A program made the position numbers and the translations under genes. 64,000 nucleotides of DNA, from positions 310,001 through 374,000 of the forward strand of contig NW_013657661.1 of NCBI RefSeq assembly GCF_000142905.1, written 5' to 3'. A model generated the notes under the pieces. That model had not been told where the DNA came from, did not search any database, and saw nothing but the letters and a program-made list of their open reading frames with translations. This DNA is from Thecamonas trahens ATCC 50062. Lineage: Eukaryota > Protista > Apusomonadida. This document shows positions 54,139-64,000 of the stretch, one piece after another. The stretch's first letter is position 1; the number at the start of each line of letters is the position of its first letter.

Positions 54139-55434
54139 TTACTCGTCAGCCTCGACCTCGGGCTCGGCCTCAGCCTCAGCCTCAGCCTCGGGCTCGGCCT
54201 CGGGCTCGGCCTCAGCCTCGGGCTCGGCAGCATCAGCAGCATCGGCCTCATCCGCGGGCTCGGCCTCAACCGCGGGCTCGGCAGCAGGCTCGGGCTCGGC
54301 AGCAGGCTCGGGCTCGGCAGCAGGCTCGGGCTCGGCAGCAGGCTCGGGCTCGGCAGCAGGCTCGGGCTCGGCAGCAGCAGCCGGGGTCGAAGTGGTAGTG
54401 GTGGTGGTAGCAGTGTCGGCCGACGCCGACGCCGCACCTGCATTAGCTCCACCGGCCTTCTTGGCACGCCACTCCTCTTCGGGCGTGGCCTTACCGAAAC
54501 CTTTGGAGTAGTCGCCCTTGGAAAGGAACTGCTTCTTGAAGCACGGCTTGGAAAAGAAGGTGCCATCCATCGAGGCGTACGTCGACGGCGAGAGCTTCTT
54601 CTTGCATCCGCACGAGCAGATAAAGCAGGTCTTGTGGAGCCTGTGGCAAGAGGGAGGGGAGTGAGTGAATTGCGATTCGATCGATGGTTGCCATGATTAC
54701 AATCGTCGCCATCGTCCGCTCGCACTGTTCGATACGTTCGTTGCAAATCGATCGATGGTTGCCATGATTACAATCGTCGCCATTGTCCGCTCGCACTGTT
54801 CGATACGTTCGTTGCAAATCGATCGATGGTTGCCATGATTACAATCGTCGCCATCGTCCGCTCGCACTGTTCGATACGTTCGTTGCAAATCGATCGATGG
54901 TTGCCATGATTACAATCGTCGCCATTGTCCGCTCGCACTGTTCGATACGTTCGTTGCAAATCGATCGATGGTTGCCATGATTACAATCGTCGCCATTGTC
55001 CGCTCGCACTGTTCGATACGTTCGTTGCGTCCGTTTGTGCGTTCGTTACGTTCGTTCGTTCATTGCGTCTGTTCGCCATTGCAAAGAAATTGGTCACAAC
55101 GCAAAGCGACGTGGCCGACAACAGGAGGGAAGTACAAACCAGTGGCGGAGTCAGGAAGGATATAGGAGGTGCATGAAACCCCATACTTGAACCTTGCCCA
55201 ACGTCATACCCGTAGATGGCGTGTGGGCGACACATGAGCACGCGGCGTGTCGTAGCCCGAGCCGCCCTTTCGGGCGAAAGGCGGGTGAGCGCAGGCCGCA
55301 TGCTCACGGGTGGAGGGAATAGAGGGGAGGGAAGGGAGAACGTACACAGCACCATCAACAGTGAGCGATTCCATGGGGTATGCAGACTTGGCGCACACCG
55401 TGCACTTGGGCGATCCACCAAACACGCGCGGCAT
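54139..55434 (-). CDS. Single-LIM protein (LIMD2/EPLIN/plant-LIM type) with an acidic AEPEPA tail; exons 55434-55346 and 54640-54139
   Basis: Spliced KCTVCAKSAYPME....GAV|LHKTCFICSCGCKKKLS...YASMDG.FFSKPCFKKQFLSKGDYSKGFG. Intron 54641-55345 is GTACGT..ACTCAC..CAG. Confidence 0.88.
54677..55028. repeat. Intronic tandem array, 71 bp x ~5
   Basis: Units start at 54677, 54748, 54819, 54890 and 54961. They are identical except one C/T site (C,T,C,T,T); the last is truncated by 3 bp. Confidence 0.98.
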
Positions 55435-55613
55435 GATTGACTGAGAGTGAGGGTCAGGTATGCCTCGTTCTGGTCACGCTCGCCAAACTGGAGCTCTCGC
55501 AGATGTCACGCCAACAGCTCGCGCCACTGCACTGCGAAGTCATGCCAAGCTGTTCCATGCTCAAGATGTACTATCTAGGGCCAAGTTATTATTAAGGGTC
55601 AATGCGTGACTAG

Positions 55614-57404
55614 CTACATGATGGTGTATTTGTACTCGTCCGCCGATGGGCCATCCCAGACCGAAGGAACTGGGGCCAGCGTCGGTGGCGGGAAACGCCC
55701 GCCGAGGCCGAGGGTGAAGCCAATCTTGAAGAAACTCGCCGCGATGGGAAGCGGGAGGTAGTTGTCGGTATCCGAGCCGGCCGTATATTCATGAACCACC
55801 ACGACTTGGCAGCCTCGCATCCGCGCCAGCGTGATGTAAATGCCTGAGCTGTTGAGCGGATCATTGTGAGCAAAGACACGCTCAGGGTAGATGTAGATGA
55901 GCACCGTGTCTGGTCTCGCGAACATCATGTTGATCATGCCCGCACCCGAGACGCCGATGATGACCGTTGCCCGGCGGACTGCAGCCGCGATGTCCTTTAC
56001 GGACACCGCCGCAAAGTCAACAGCTTCGACAGAGACTCCGGAGCTCTCGAGCCAGGTCATCATGGCCTCCTTCACACCCGGGCCCCACCTACGCCCATTC
56101 GCAGCATGTTGGCGGGAGATAATGAGCACGTGATGCTCGGTGCGCGGCTCGGCCAGTCGCTCCAGATCAAGTTCTGTAAGACCTGAACGCGATCCTGGCG
56201 TCTTCGCACCCTCCACTCCGAGCGCCGGCTCGAGCGGCTCGCCGGTGGCAACATAATAGTACCAGCGCGAAAAGTACGAGAGCACCTTCGTCGACTTGAC
56301 TGTAAAACGAATGCCAGCGTTGAGATCAAGTGCCGTGGCCTGGCCGGCAACCACCCGCGCGAAGCAGTGCGATGGATCCGGCTCTGTGATGATCTCGTCC
56401 GCCAGATGTGGGAGCAGCCCGAGCAGGGTAGGCCCGGCCGAATGATCTCCGATTGAAGTGACCCAATAGGCGATGATGACCTTAGTCGTGTTGACCCGAC
56501 AAGCCTCGGGCCAGCTGTCGTCACATTGCAACAGTGACGGATCGTCGAGCTCATAGAGCGTGCCGAACGTTCGCATAAAGCCGTTGTGAAAGTCATGCCA
56601 GAAAGTGTTGGTCCAGGGTTCATGGGCCACAAAGAGGGTGCGGTTGTCGGGGATGGTGCACGATGAGCCGGAAAAGCCGACGTCGACGAGGAGGCCCTCG
56701 TGCCATTCCGCAATCCCGACCTTGCCCAAGCGCTGTGGAGCGGGATCGCCTTCGTTGGTTGCCGACAGCGGCGGCTGGGCGTTGATCGTCACAGTCGCAC
56801 CCCTATAGTCCAACGAGTTCGAGATCGATGCGCCTACATTGAACGCGAGGCACGCCGCTGTAGATTCATGGATGAGGTACGGGAGATCCTCCGGGACCAC
56901 CACAGCGCAGCACGAAACTGGCTCGCCAGCAGTCTCGATTACTGAGCGGGTGATGCTGACTCCTGCAAACCCAGTGAAGTTGAGCAGCTCGCCAACATCA
57001 TGTGTGCCGAGCTCGCCGACCATCGGCAGGGCAAGAGAGCATGTCGCGGCCGGGTTGCGAAACGTGGCGTGCGGGGTATAGTCGGAGAAAGTAAAGCGAG
57101 AGATATTGATTGGCACAAAAGGTGACGGTTGCGGTGGTGGGGAGGGAGGCGGAGGTGGCGATGGTGGAGGCGGCGGTGGTGGTGATGGTGGAGGCGGAGG
57201 TGGCGATGGTGGAGGCGGCGGTGGTGGTGATGGAGGCGGCGGCGGTGGTGATGGAGGAGGCGGCGACCGCGCCAGGGTTGTTGTTCTTCCGCCGACCCAG
57301 TGCCCTATTGGGGTCACAGACATGTCGAAGCCACCAAGCCCATACATCACGAGCAAGGCTATGTTGAAGGCAACCGCCAGTTGCACATACCGCATGCCGC
57401 GCAT
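55614..57404 (-). CDS. GT61 (DUF563)-like glycosyltransferase with a type II anchor and Ser-Pro(n) stem
   Basis: N-terminal TM, SPPPPP repeats, TNTFWHDF, VLIISR....RR, QI-like ..VRRATVIIGVSGAGMINMMFARP.TVLIYIYP (cf. IG.HGAGLTN..F). Confidence 0.8.
   Translation of the reverse strand: MRGMRYVQLAVAFNIALLVMYGLGGFDMSVTPIGHWVGGRTTTLARSPPPPSPPPPPPSPPPPPPPSPPPPPPSPPPPPPPSPPPPPSPPPQPSPFVPINISRFTFSDYTPHATFRNPAATCSLALPMVGELGTHDVGELLNFTGFAGVSITRSVIETAGEPVSCCAVVVPEDLPYLIHESTAACLAFNVGASISNSLDYRGATVTINAQPPLSATNEGDPAPQRLGKVGIAEWHEGLLVDVGFSGSSCTIPDNRTLFVAHEPWTNTFWHDFHNGFMRTFGTLYELDDPSLLQCDDSWPEACRVNTTKVIIAYWVTSIGDHSAGPTLLGLLPHLADEIITEPDPSHCFARVVAGQATALDLNAGIRFTVKSTKVLSYFSRWYYYVATGEPLEPALGVEGAKTPGSRSGLTELDLERLAEPRTEHHVLIISRQHAANGRRWGPGVKEAMMTWLESSGVSVEAVDFAAVSVKDIAAAVRRATVIIGVSGAGMINMMFARPDTVLIYIYPERVFAHNDPLNSSGIYITLARMRGCQVVVVHEYTAGSDTDNYLPLPIAASFFKIGFTLGLGGRFPPPTLAPVPSVWDGPSADEYKYTIM
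57130..57265 (-). repeat. Coding repeat giving extensin-like (Ser-Pro5-7) units
   Basis: SPPPPSPPPPPPSPPPPPPPSPPPPPPSPPPPPPPSPPPPPSPPP. Confidence 0.9.
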
Positions 57405-58440
57405 CCCCTATCTGCTCAATGCGGCTGGTCAGTGTGAGTGGGTAGGCGGTGCGAGTCGAGCCATCCCTGCATTATTGCGACACTTGTGGCATGCATGCAC
57501 ATACAGCGAGAGTTGAGGAGGTGGAATGGGGGAGGGGGGATGGTGTGTTTGCATGTGTGTGTGTGTGTGTGGGGGGGGTGGAGCTGTACAAGCATGTACG
57601 TACTGGCGTGTGAAGAAAGTACGTGTATGTGAATGTGTGTGTGTGTATCCGGGTGTTTCTATTCTCTGGGTGGTGGAGTGAACGACGGGCAACTGGTTGT
57701 TGTGAGAAATATGGCATGCAACACAAAACAGCTACACATTGTGGGTTAAGAGGGCAACTCGCCCAGACGCCAGACGGTCCTCCCCCCCCCCGATGACGCA
57801 GGTTTTCTGAATTACGATAGTGCATAGTGTAACAGGTCCATTCCTTAGGAGTAATGTCTCATCGAGTCGACAATGCCTATGGTAGGGGGAGGCGGGGGGG
57901 GGTGGCTGTTTCGAGGGGGGGGGGGGGGGTCAAAGTCGCGGCAACCAGCCTGTTTGATCTCTTTCTCGCCTCCACCTTGCCACCATGGACACAGATGACA
58001 GCACTATGTATATGAATATGCTAGGCTTGTTGCAGGGAACACAACCATGTGTATGGATGGACGATGCGCGCACGTTCACACATCCCGCCCGTCATCCCCA
58101 CCCTGCCGTCTCGCTGCCACCCTTGAAGCCTGCCTCTCAATCGGTATTCATTGAGCTGGGCATGATGGCACCCGCTCCCTCGTGCTTGTTTGAGGTTGCC
58201 ACTGCGTGCGCCTGGTTAGTTCTGCCCTACTACATCGGCCTGCCTTGGGAGGGTCAACCTAGAAATTCTCGATGTGGGATCGTGCTGCCTTGCCTCGGTG
58301 CTCTTTCGCGTCGGGCCGCCACCTCGCCACGCCGCCGACCGAACCACCGCTCGCGGTGCCCCCTTCCCCCCACCCTACCCTACCCCACCCTTTCCCCGAC
58401 CACTCCTCACTCTTCACTCTCCAAACCAGCCTGTCTAGCC

Positions 58441-59187
58441 ATGTACACCTGGGGACTCGTGATCGGACTCGTGGCAGCGCTGGCTGTGGTCTCTGTCGCC
58501 GGCGCCCCGCTCCCGGTCATCGGCATGGAGCTGTCCGAGGTCAAGGTGCTCGTCTCACAGGTCCTGGGGCTGGCCATTGTGGCCGGCTCGGTCATTCTTA
58601 AGCTTCCGCAGGTTATCAACATTGTCCGCGCTGGTTCGGTGGCAGGCATCTCGGGCCTCTCGTTCTACCTCGACGTGGCAGTCTTCGCTATTACCACCAC
58701 CTACAACGTGCTCGAGGGCAACCCGTTTTCTACCTATGGAGAGGCCGCCATCATCCTCGCCCAGAACCTTGTCCTCGTCGTCATGTACTGGCACTACGCC
58801 GCACCGCCGGTCGCGTGGTCTGAGCGTATCGCCGTCTCGGTCTTTGGCGCTGCGCTCGTCTATGGTATGATCGTCCTCCCGGCTGACCTCCGCTGGATCC
58901 TCCCGCTCTCCACCATCCCCTCGGCCTGCGCCGCCCGCATCCCTCAGATCATCGCCAACTTTGCCAACGGCCATACCGGCCCGCTCTCGCTCATCACCTT
59001 TTTCCTCAACTTTGGCGGCTCGCTCGCCCGCGTCTTTACCACTCTCACCCAGGTCAACGACGTCTGGCTCGTTCTCGGCTTTATCATCGGCACCGTTCTC
59101 AACGGCGTCATCGTCGTCCAGATCATCGCCTACTGGTCCCGCACCAAGGCTGTCCTCGCCGCCGACGCTGCCGCCAAGACCAAGTAG
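58441..59187 (+). CDS. MPDU1: Mannose-P-dolichol utilization defect 1 (PQ-loop) protein
   Basis: LGLAIVAGSVILKLPQ, S..G.S, PFSTYGE, RIPQI..NF.NGHTG.LS.IT...F.GSLARVFTT. Confidence 0.93.
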   Translation: MYTWGLVIGLVAALAVVSVAGAPLPVIGMELSEVKVLVSQVLGLAIVAGSVILKLPQVINIVRAGSVAGISGLSFYLDVAVFAITTTYNVLEGNPFSTYGEAAIILAQNLVLVVMYWHYAAPPVAWSERIAVSVFGAALVYGMIVLPADLRWILPLSTIPSACAARIPQIIANFANGHTGPLSLITFFLNFGGSLARVFTTLTQVNDVWLVLGFIIGTVLNGVIVVQIIAYWSRTKAVLAADAAAKTK

Positions 59188-59389
59188 AAGTGAATCGAAA
59201 AGCCGTCCCCCATCCAGCCGCCCAGCCCCTTGCCCCGGTCACGCTCCGGTGGCAGAACACCGCGCCCACTGCCCTCCCCCTCCCCCACCCCACCTCCCCC
59301 CCCCCCCCCCACAAAAAACACACAACCGCACACAACGACCACCCCAACCACTCCTCCATCCCCACCCCGCCCCCATCATTCCGCTTTCC

Positions 59390-62300
59390 ATGTCCGGATT
59401 ATCCACGCCCTCGCAGGTCACCGGCATCCGGACGGTCAAGTCGCACCTGGCCCTGGACTCGCTCGACCCGCCACCGCACGACCTGCCTGCCCTCTCCATC
59501 CTCCATCCACCGGCTCCACGGACGGTATTTGATCCTCCAACACCCCCACCCACTCCGCCGCCAACCTCGCCGCTCTCTTCCACCAGCTCGCTGCTTCCGC
59601 TGGAAGAGCCCGACCGCTCCTCGCCTCGCAGCCGTCTCGACACCGCTCGCCTCGCGCCGGCGGCCACCACCACCGCTGTCGCGACGGCTACTACCGCCGC
59701 CTCGGCAGTCATCGCACCGCTTCTTGTCCCACACGCGCTTGTCGCAGCTGTGTGGTTCGTTCCAGCTGTGGTTGTCACCGCTGCTGCATCGGTCGTCTCA
59801 GCCCAGGCCTCGGCGGGCACCATCGATCCGCTTGTCCTCGCCACCTCGGCGCGCAACGCTGCCGCGCTTGGGTTGGGCCTCGCACTGGGCATTTGGCTCA
59901 CCGGCCTTGTTGCTACCAACACCGTGCTCGCCATCGACTGCTCCCGCCCGGGCCTGGCCTCGCCGGAAGTCTGCAGCCAGGCGCCGCTCATGTGGACCGC
60001 CATTGTCGCTGCAGGCTGGGTCCTCCCTTCCCTCGTCGTCGCGCCGCTCAGCTATCGCCTTCTTGCTGCAGCTCGAAGGCTGAGCGCTGAGCACGGCCGA
60101 CTCGCATCGCGGCCCAACGCAGCGCCCAAGTTTTTGTCGTTCCGAGCCTGGTTCGTAGCAGTCCGCGCGGGCCGCGCGGGCGCGCTTGACACCAATGCTC
60201 GTCGCAGTGCCCATGGCTCGCCACGCGCCGACGCGCCGCGGACGGTGGCTGTTAGCAAGCGACCAGGCGGGAACTACCCCGACAACGCGGTCTCATCGAC
60301 CAAGTACACCTTGCTCTCGTTTGTGCCGCGGAACTTGATGGAGCAGTTCTCGCGGTTTATGAATGTCTACTTTCTGCTCATCGCCACGCTCCAGCTCAAC
60401 CCGACTCTGGCGCCGGTCAACCCGCTCACCACGTGGATCCCTCTCATTCTCATCTTTACCGCCTCGGCAGTCCGCGAAGCGTTCGACGACATCGAGCGGG
60501 CGCGCCGCGACGCCGCGGTCAACGCCCGCCCGGTCCTGGTCGCGTCTGGGCCTGACTGGGCGTCAGTTCCCTCGCGCCGGCTCCATGTTGGCTCGCTCGT
60601 TCTCCTCCACCAGGACGAGCTCGTGCCAGCTGATCTGGTCGTCCTTGCCACGTCGGCGCCCAATGGCTCTGCCGCTTTTGTCGAGACTGCTAACCTCGAC
60701 GGCGAGACCGACCTCAAGGCTCGCGCTGCGCCTCCCGCCACCTCGGCTCGACTCACCTCGCGCGGCGACTCGCCTGATCCGCGACTGTGGGACGACGTTG
60801 TCGTCACCGCGCCGGCTCCAGACCCCCACCTCTACGCCTTTGACGCCCAGCTCGTCGTCACACCGCACGACGCCGATGCCGGAGACTCGTCCGACGCCGC
60901 ACTCATTCCACTCACTCCCGACTCACTTCTCTTGCAGGGATCGGTGCTCAAGCAGGTTGCGTTTGCCGTCGGTGTCGTTGTTTACACTGGGTGCGAGACC
61001 AAGCTGGCCAACAACAAGTCGCCTCCGCGCGGCAAGACGACTGCCCTTGACGATGCCATCAACAGCTTCACCCGGACCATTTTTTGCATCCAGCTTGCAG
61101 CGGCGGTCGTCCTTGGCTTTGCCGGCAACGCGACCAAGGCCGTGCTTGCGCCGCGTGCGCTGTACCTGGCCTACCCTGCGTCCGAGTGGAGTCAGCTCTC
61201 GCCGTGGGCATCGGTGGTCCTCCCGCTCCGCTTCCTGCTTCTCATCTCGTACATGATTCCTATCTCGCTCAAGATCACACTCGAGATGCTCAAGACCTTT
61301 TACGCCGCGCTCATTGGATGGGATCTTGCGCTCTACCACGCTGAGACCGATACGCCCGCCGCCGCAGTCTCGACTGGCCTCGCGGAAGACCTCGGCGTCA
61401 TCACCCACGTCCTCACCGACAAGACTGGAACGCTGACCAACAACGAAATGGCGCTCGACTCGCTCGCCTGGGACGGCCTTGTCTATCACACCAGCCACGA
61501 GCAGCCGGCCCTGGTCTCGGCCCTCGACAACGGAGTTCACGCAGCGCTTGGCCTCGTGACTGCCATGGCAGTCTGCCATAATGCAGTCCCACTGGGCTCG
61601 GACGCATACGCGCACTCACGGGATTTAGGCCAGCTCTCGTGGTCGGCGGCGTCGCCGGACGAAGAGGCATTGGTGGCCGGCGCTGCAGGCCTCGGGTACG
61701 TGTGCGTGAGACGGTCTGCGCCGCCGGACTCTGCTCGTGGATGGTTGCTGGATGTCCATGCCCGGGCCGCCATCGGCACCTCGGAGCCACTCATCCAACC
61801 TGTTGCTGTTGTGGCTCACCTCGCGTTTTCATCAGAGCGCAAGCGGTCGGGCGTGCTAGTCCGCTTTGAGCCATCGGTAGCTGAGCGCGGGCCGCTTGCC
61901 GGCGGCCTCGCGGCTTTCGGTGAGTATGTGCTCTTTGTCAAGGGTGCCGACTCGAGCGTCTTTCCGCGGCTTCGCGCCGCCGACTCTTCTGCCGCCGAGC
62001 GACTGGAAGGCTCACTTCTGCGGTTCGGCACTGCCGGTCTGCGGACGTTGGTGTACGGCTATCGGGTTGTGCCGCGCGTCGAGGCCGAGCAGTGGCTGGC
62101 TGGCCTCGATGCGGCACGAGCTTCGATGAGGCACCGGGCGCAGCGAGTGGCGGCTACGTACGCTGCGCTTGAGCGCGGGCTGACGCTCCTCGGCGCATCA
62201 GCGGTGGAGGACAAGCTCCAGGAGGGCGTGCCCGAAACTATTGCCCAGCTCCGAAAGGCCGGCATTCGGTTCTGGATGCTGACCGGCGACAAGGAGTCGA

Positions 62301-63472
62301 CAGCACGGCAAATTGCGATCTCGTGCAACTTGGTCGGTAACCACGGGGCAGCGGTAGTGCCGCTCACAAGCATTGCGCGTGCGCCGAACGAGGTCCATGC
62401 CATTCTTGGCGAGGCGTCGCGGAACATGGGACCGGAGACATCGCTCGTCATCGACGGCGCGTCGCTGCGGATTGTACTGAGCTCTGCGCGCGAGTACTTC
62501 GTGCGGCTGGCGCTGTCGGCGGCAGCCGTGGTCTGCTGTCGCATGTCGCCAGACCAAAAGGCCGAGCTAGTGCGTGAGGTGCAGGCTTTAGGGCGCGGAG
62601 CACGGACGCTGGCCATCGGTGATGGCGGCAACGATGTGGCCATGCTCCAGGCTGCTGCGGTCGGCGTCGGCATCTCGGGACGCGAGGGCCTGCAGGCCGC
62701 ACGAGCGGCCGACTACGCTGTGGCGCAGTTCCGGTTCCTCGGACGGCTGCTTCTTGTCCACGGGCGATATGCTTACACTCGGACAGCCTACGTGGCTCAG
62801 TACTGCTTCTACAAGTCGATCTACCTCTGCTCGGTCCAGGTCTTCTACAATGGACTTGCTGGCTACTCGGGCATCTCGTACTTCAACACCTTTGCGCTCA
62901 CGCTCTACAACGTGGCCATCACCGGGCTGCCGATCCTTTCGTATGCCCTCGACCGCGACGTGCCGATTGCACTTGCGATGGCAAATCCCGGCCTCTACCA
63001 GCACCGACTTCCGTGCTCGGTGGCATCGCTCACGCGGTGGATGGGCCTCGGCGTGGCACAAGGCGGCGTGGCGCTTGGTGTAGCGCTGCTCGGCGCTGGC
63101 CATGTCGGGTTTGACGCCGTCTCGATGGTCACCTACTCGATCCTAGTCCTTGTCACCCTTGCCATGCTCAGCATTGGCCTCCGCGCGCCCAACGCCATCC
63201 ACGCCAGTGTCCTCGGCGCCACGCTCCTCACCTATTTCGTCCTCGTCTCGATCTACTCGTCCATTCCTCGGCTCGCGTTTTTTGGCACCATGGGCCGACT
63301 CGCCACCGAGCCTACAGTCTGGCTCTCTGTCGTCCTCGGCACGTCCATCTCCCTTATCCTCCCCGCTCTCCAGGTCGGACTCCAACGGCGGCGAGTCGCA
63401 CCTGTGGGCAACAGCAGCGATGGCAACAGTGACGGCGCGAGCACGCGACTTTTGCCGATGTCGATGTCATAA
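59390..63472 (+). CDS. P4-ATPase phospholipid flippase (ALA2-like) with an unusual N-terminal extension
   Basis: N.VS..KYT...F.P.NL.EQF, VET.NLDGETDLK, IPISL, DKTGTLT, SPDEEALV, KGAD, EDKLQ.GVPETI, LTGDK, CCR.SP.QKA, IGDGGNDV. Confidence 0.96.
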   Translation: MSGLSTPSQVTGIRTVKSHLALDSLDPPPHDLPALSILHPPAPRTVFDPPTPPPTPPPTSPLSSTSSLLPLEEPDRSSPRSRLDTARLAPAATTTAVATATTAASAVIAPLLVPHALVAAVWFVPAVVVTAAASVVSAQASAGTIDPLVLATSARNAAALGLGLALGIWLTGLVATNTVLAIDCSRPGLASPEVCSQAPLMWTAIVAAGWVLPSLVVAPLSYRLLAAARRLSAEHGRLASRPNAAPKFLSFRAWFVAVRAGRAGALDTNARRSAHGSPRADAPRTVAVSKRPGGNYPDNAVSSTKYTLLSFVPRNLMEQFSRFMNVYFLLIATLQLNPTLAPVNPLTTWIPLILIFTASAVREAFDDIERARRDAAVNARPVLVASGPDWASVPSRRLHVGSLVLLHQDELVPADLVVLATSAPNGSAAFVETANLDGETDLKARAAPPATSARLTSRGDSPDPRLWDDVVVTAPAPDPHLYAFDAQLVVTPHDADAGDSSDAALIPLTPDSLLLQGSVLKQVAFAVGVVVYTGCETKLANNKSPPRGKTTALDDAINSFTRTIFCIQLAAAVVLGFAGNATKAVLAPRALYLAYPASEWSQLSPWASVVLPLRFLLLISYMIPISLKITLEMLKTFYAALIGWDLALYHAETDTPAAAVSTGLAEDLGVITHVLTDKTGTLTNNEMALDSLAWDGLVYHTSHEQPALVSALDNGVHAALGLVTAMAVCHNAVPLGSDAYAHSRDLGQLSWSAASPDEEALVAGAAGLGYVCVRRSAPPDSARGWLLDVHARAAIGTSEPLIQPVAVVAHLAFSSERKRSGVLVRFEPSVAERGPLAGGLAAFGEYVLFVKGADSSVFPRLRAADSSAAERLEGSLLRFGTAGLRTLVYGYRVVPRVEAEQWLAGLDAARASMRHRAQRVAATYAALERGLTLLGASAVEDKLQEGVPETIAQLRKAGIRFWMLTGDKESTARQIAISCNLVGNHGAAVVPLTSIARAPNEVHAILGEASRNMGPETSLVIDGASLRIVLSSAREYFVRLALSAAAVVCCRMSPDQKAELVREVQALGRGARTLAIGDGGNDVAMLQAAAVGVGISGREGLQAARAADYAVAQFRFLGRLLLVHGRYAYTRTAYVAQYCFYKSIYLCSVQVFYNGLAGYSGISYFNTFALTLYNVAITGLPILSYALDRDVPIALAMANPGLYQHRLPCSVASLTRWMGLGVAQGGVALGVALLGAGHVGFDAVSMVTYSILVLVTLAMLSIGLRAPNAIHASVLGATLLTYFVLVSIYSSIPRLAFFGTMGRLATEPTVWLSVVLGTSISLILPALQVGLQRRRVAPVGNSSDGNSDGASTRLLPMSMS

Positions 63473-63678
63473 ATAGAAAACTTCCATATGTGTCGTCTGC
63501 AGTCTGCAAGTAGTGGACGTGGCGATGGGGGCATGGTGGCTGTGACGGCGGAGGTGGTCCGTCCGTTCCAAACTGTCTGACACTTGCTCACTCCACTCGC
63601 CGTGGAACTCCACCACCACCACCACCACCACCACCACCACCACCCCACTCCCTCCCCAGGACTCACCAACAAGGGATC

Positions 63679-64000
63679 ATGGGTGGCTCATCGTCCAAGC
63701 ATTCAAAGCTCTTTGACAGTATGTGTGTGCGAGTGAGAAGGGGGAGGGGGGGGGGGGGGGGGGGGTGAGGGGCGAGCGGGTGCCTGACGCCTGACTCTGT
63801 CGCCTCCTTGCTAGCTCACTGCTGCCACTGGGCATGACATCTCATCAGCCACCAGCCACCAGCAGCCACCACCACCACCACCACCACCACCACCACCACC
63901 AAGCACTCACCATGACCATCGCCGTAGAACTCTTCGCAAATGCCATCGATCTCATCAGGCAGTCGGCACACTCGCACGAGCTGGATAGGGTAATGGAGGC
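63679..64000 (+). CDS. 5' end of a putative N-myristoylated protein; exons 63679-63718 and 63928 to the window end
   Basis: MGGSSSK myristoylation motif; donor GTATGT at 63719; ACTCAC branch at ~63905 and TAG at 63927. Splicing gives MGGSSSKHSKLFDKLFANAIDLIRQ..., open to the window end. Confidence 0.55.

Noticed and set aside
54677-55028. CRISPR array
   Set aside because: Units are contiguous with no unique spacers, there are no cas genes, and the array sits in a spliceosomal intron.
55170-55230. TPP riboswitch suggested by ATACCCGTA
   Set aside because: It is on the antisense strand and lacks the CUGAGA and CCUGAU...GCGUAGGGA elements.
55435-55460. Trans-splice acceptor just before the LIM ATG (CCTCAC-TCTCAG)
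   Set aside because: Branch-to-AG spacing is very short and no equivalent pattern precedes most other starts.
57405-58440. ncRNA or extra gene in the 1-kb divergent spacer, including the 57985 ORF extension
   Set aside because: No tRNA, snRNA or snoRNA motifs recognised; codon style is not host-like; MPDU1 similarity starts near ATG 58441.

Overview
GC-rich, very gene-dense, intron-poor eukaryotic nuclear DNA, not prokaryotic. The gene content (Rac, 14-3-3, class I HDAC, eIF2-alpha, eIF2B-gamma, TALE homeobox, P4-ATPase) and style suggest a protist such as the apusomonad Thecamonas; this is an inference only. I support about 35 protein-coding genes, 9 spliceosomal introns resolved by hand, two 100-N gaps and several micro- and minisatellites. 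I found no rRNA, tRNA, CRISPR array or recognisable transposon. Main points: (1) seven apparent frameshifts in six otherwise intact genes, all repaired by adding one base to a short homopolymer, most likely sequencing undercalls, with recoding or editing as the testable alternative; (2) a yeast-like rigid splice code, with donor GTAYGY in 9/9 introns and branch mostly ACTCAC; (3) bacterial-type genes in host style (Dps, AlkD-like, a small K+ channel); (4) exostosin-like and HS6ST-like glycan genes; (5) a LIM-gene intron carrying a 5x71-bp array and a densely base-paired ~105-nt element; (6) a divergent TALE homeobox with a possible PBC-like domain; (7) a recurrent upstream TGACTCG motif; (8) a tandem pair of unknown secreted proteins. 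All family calls come from motif recognition by eye; no database searches were run.
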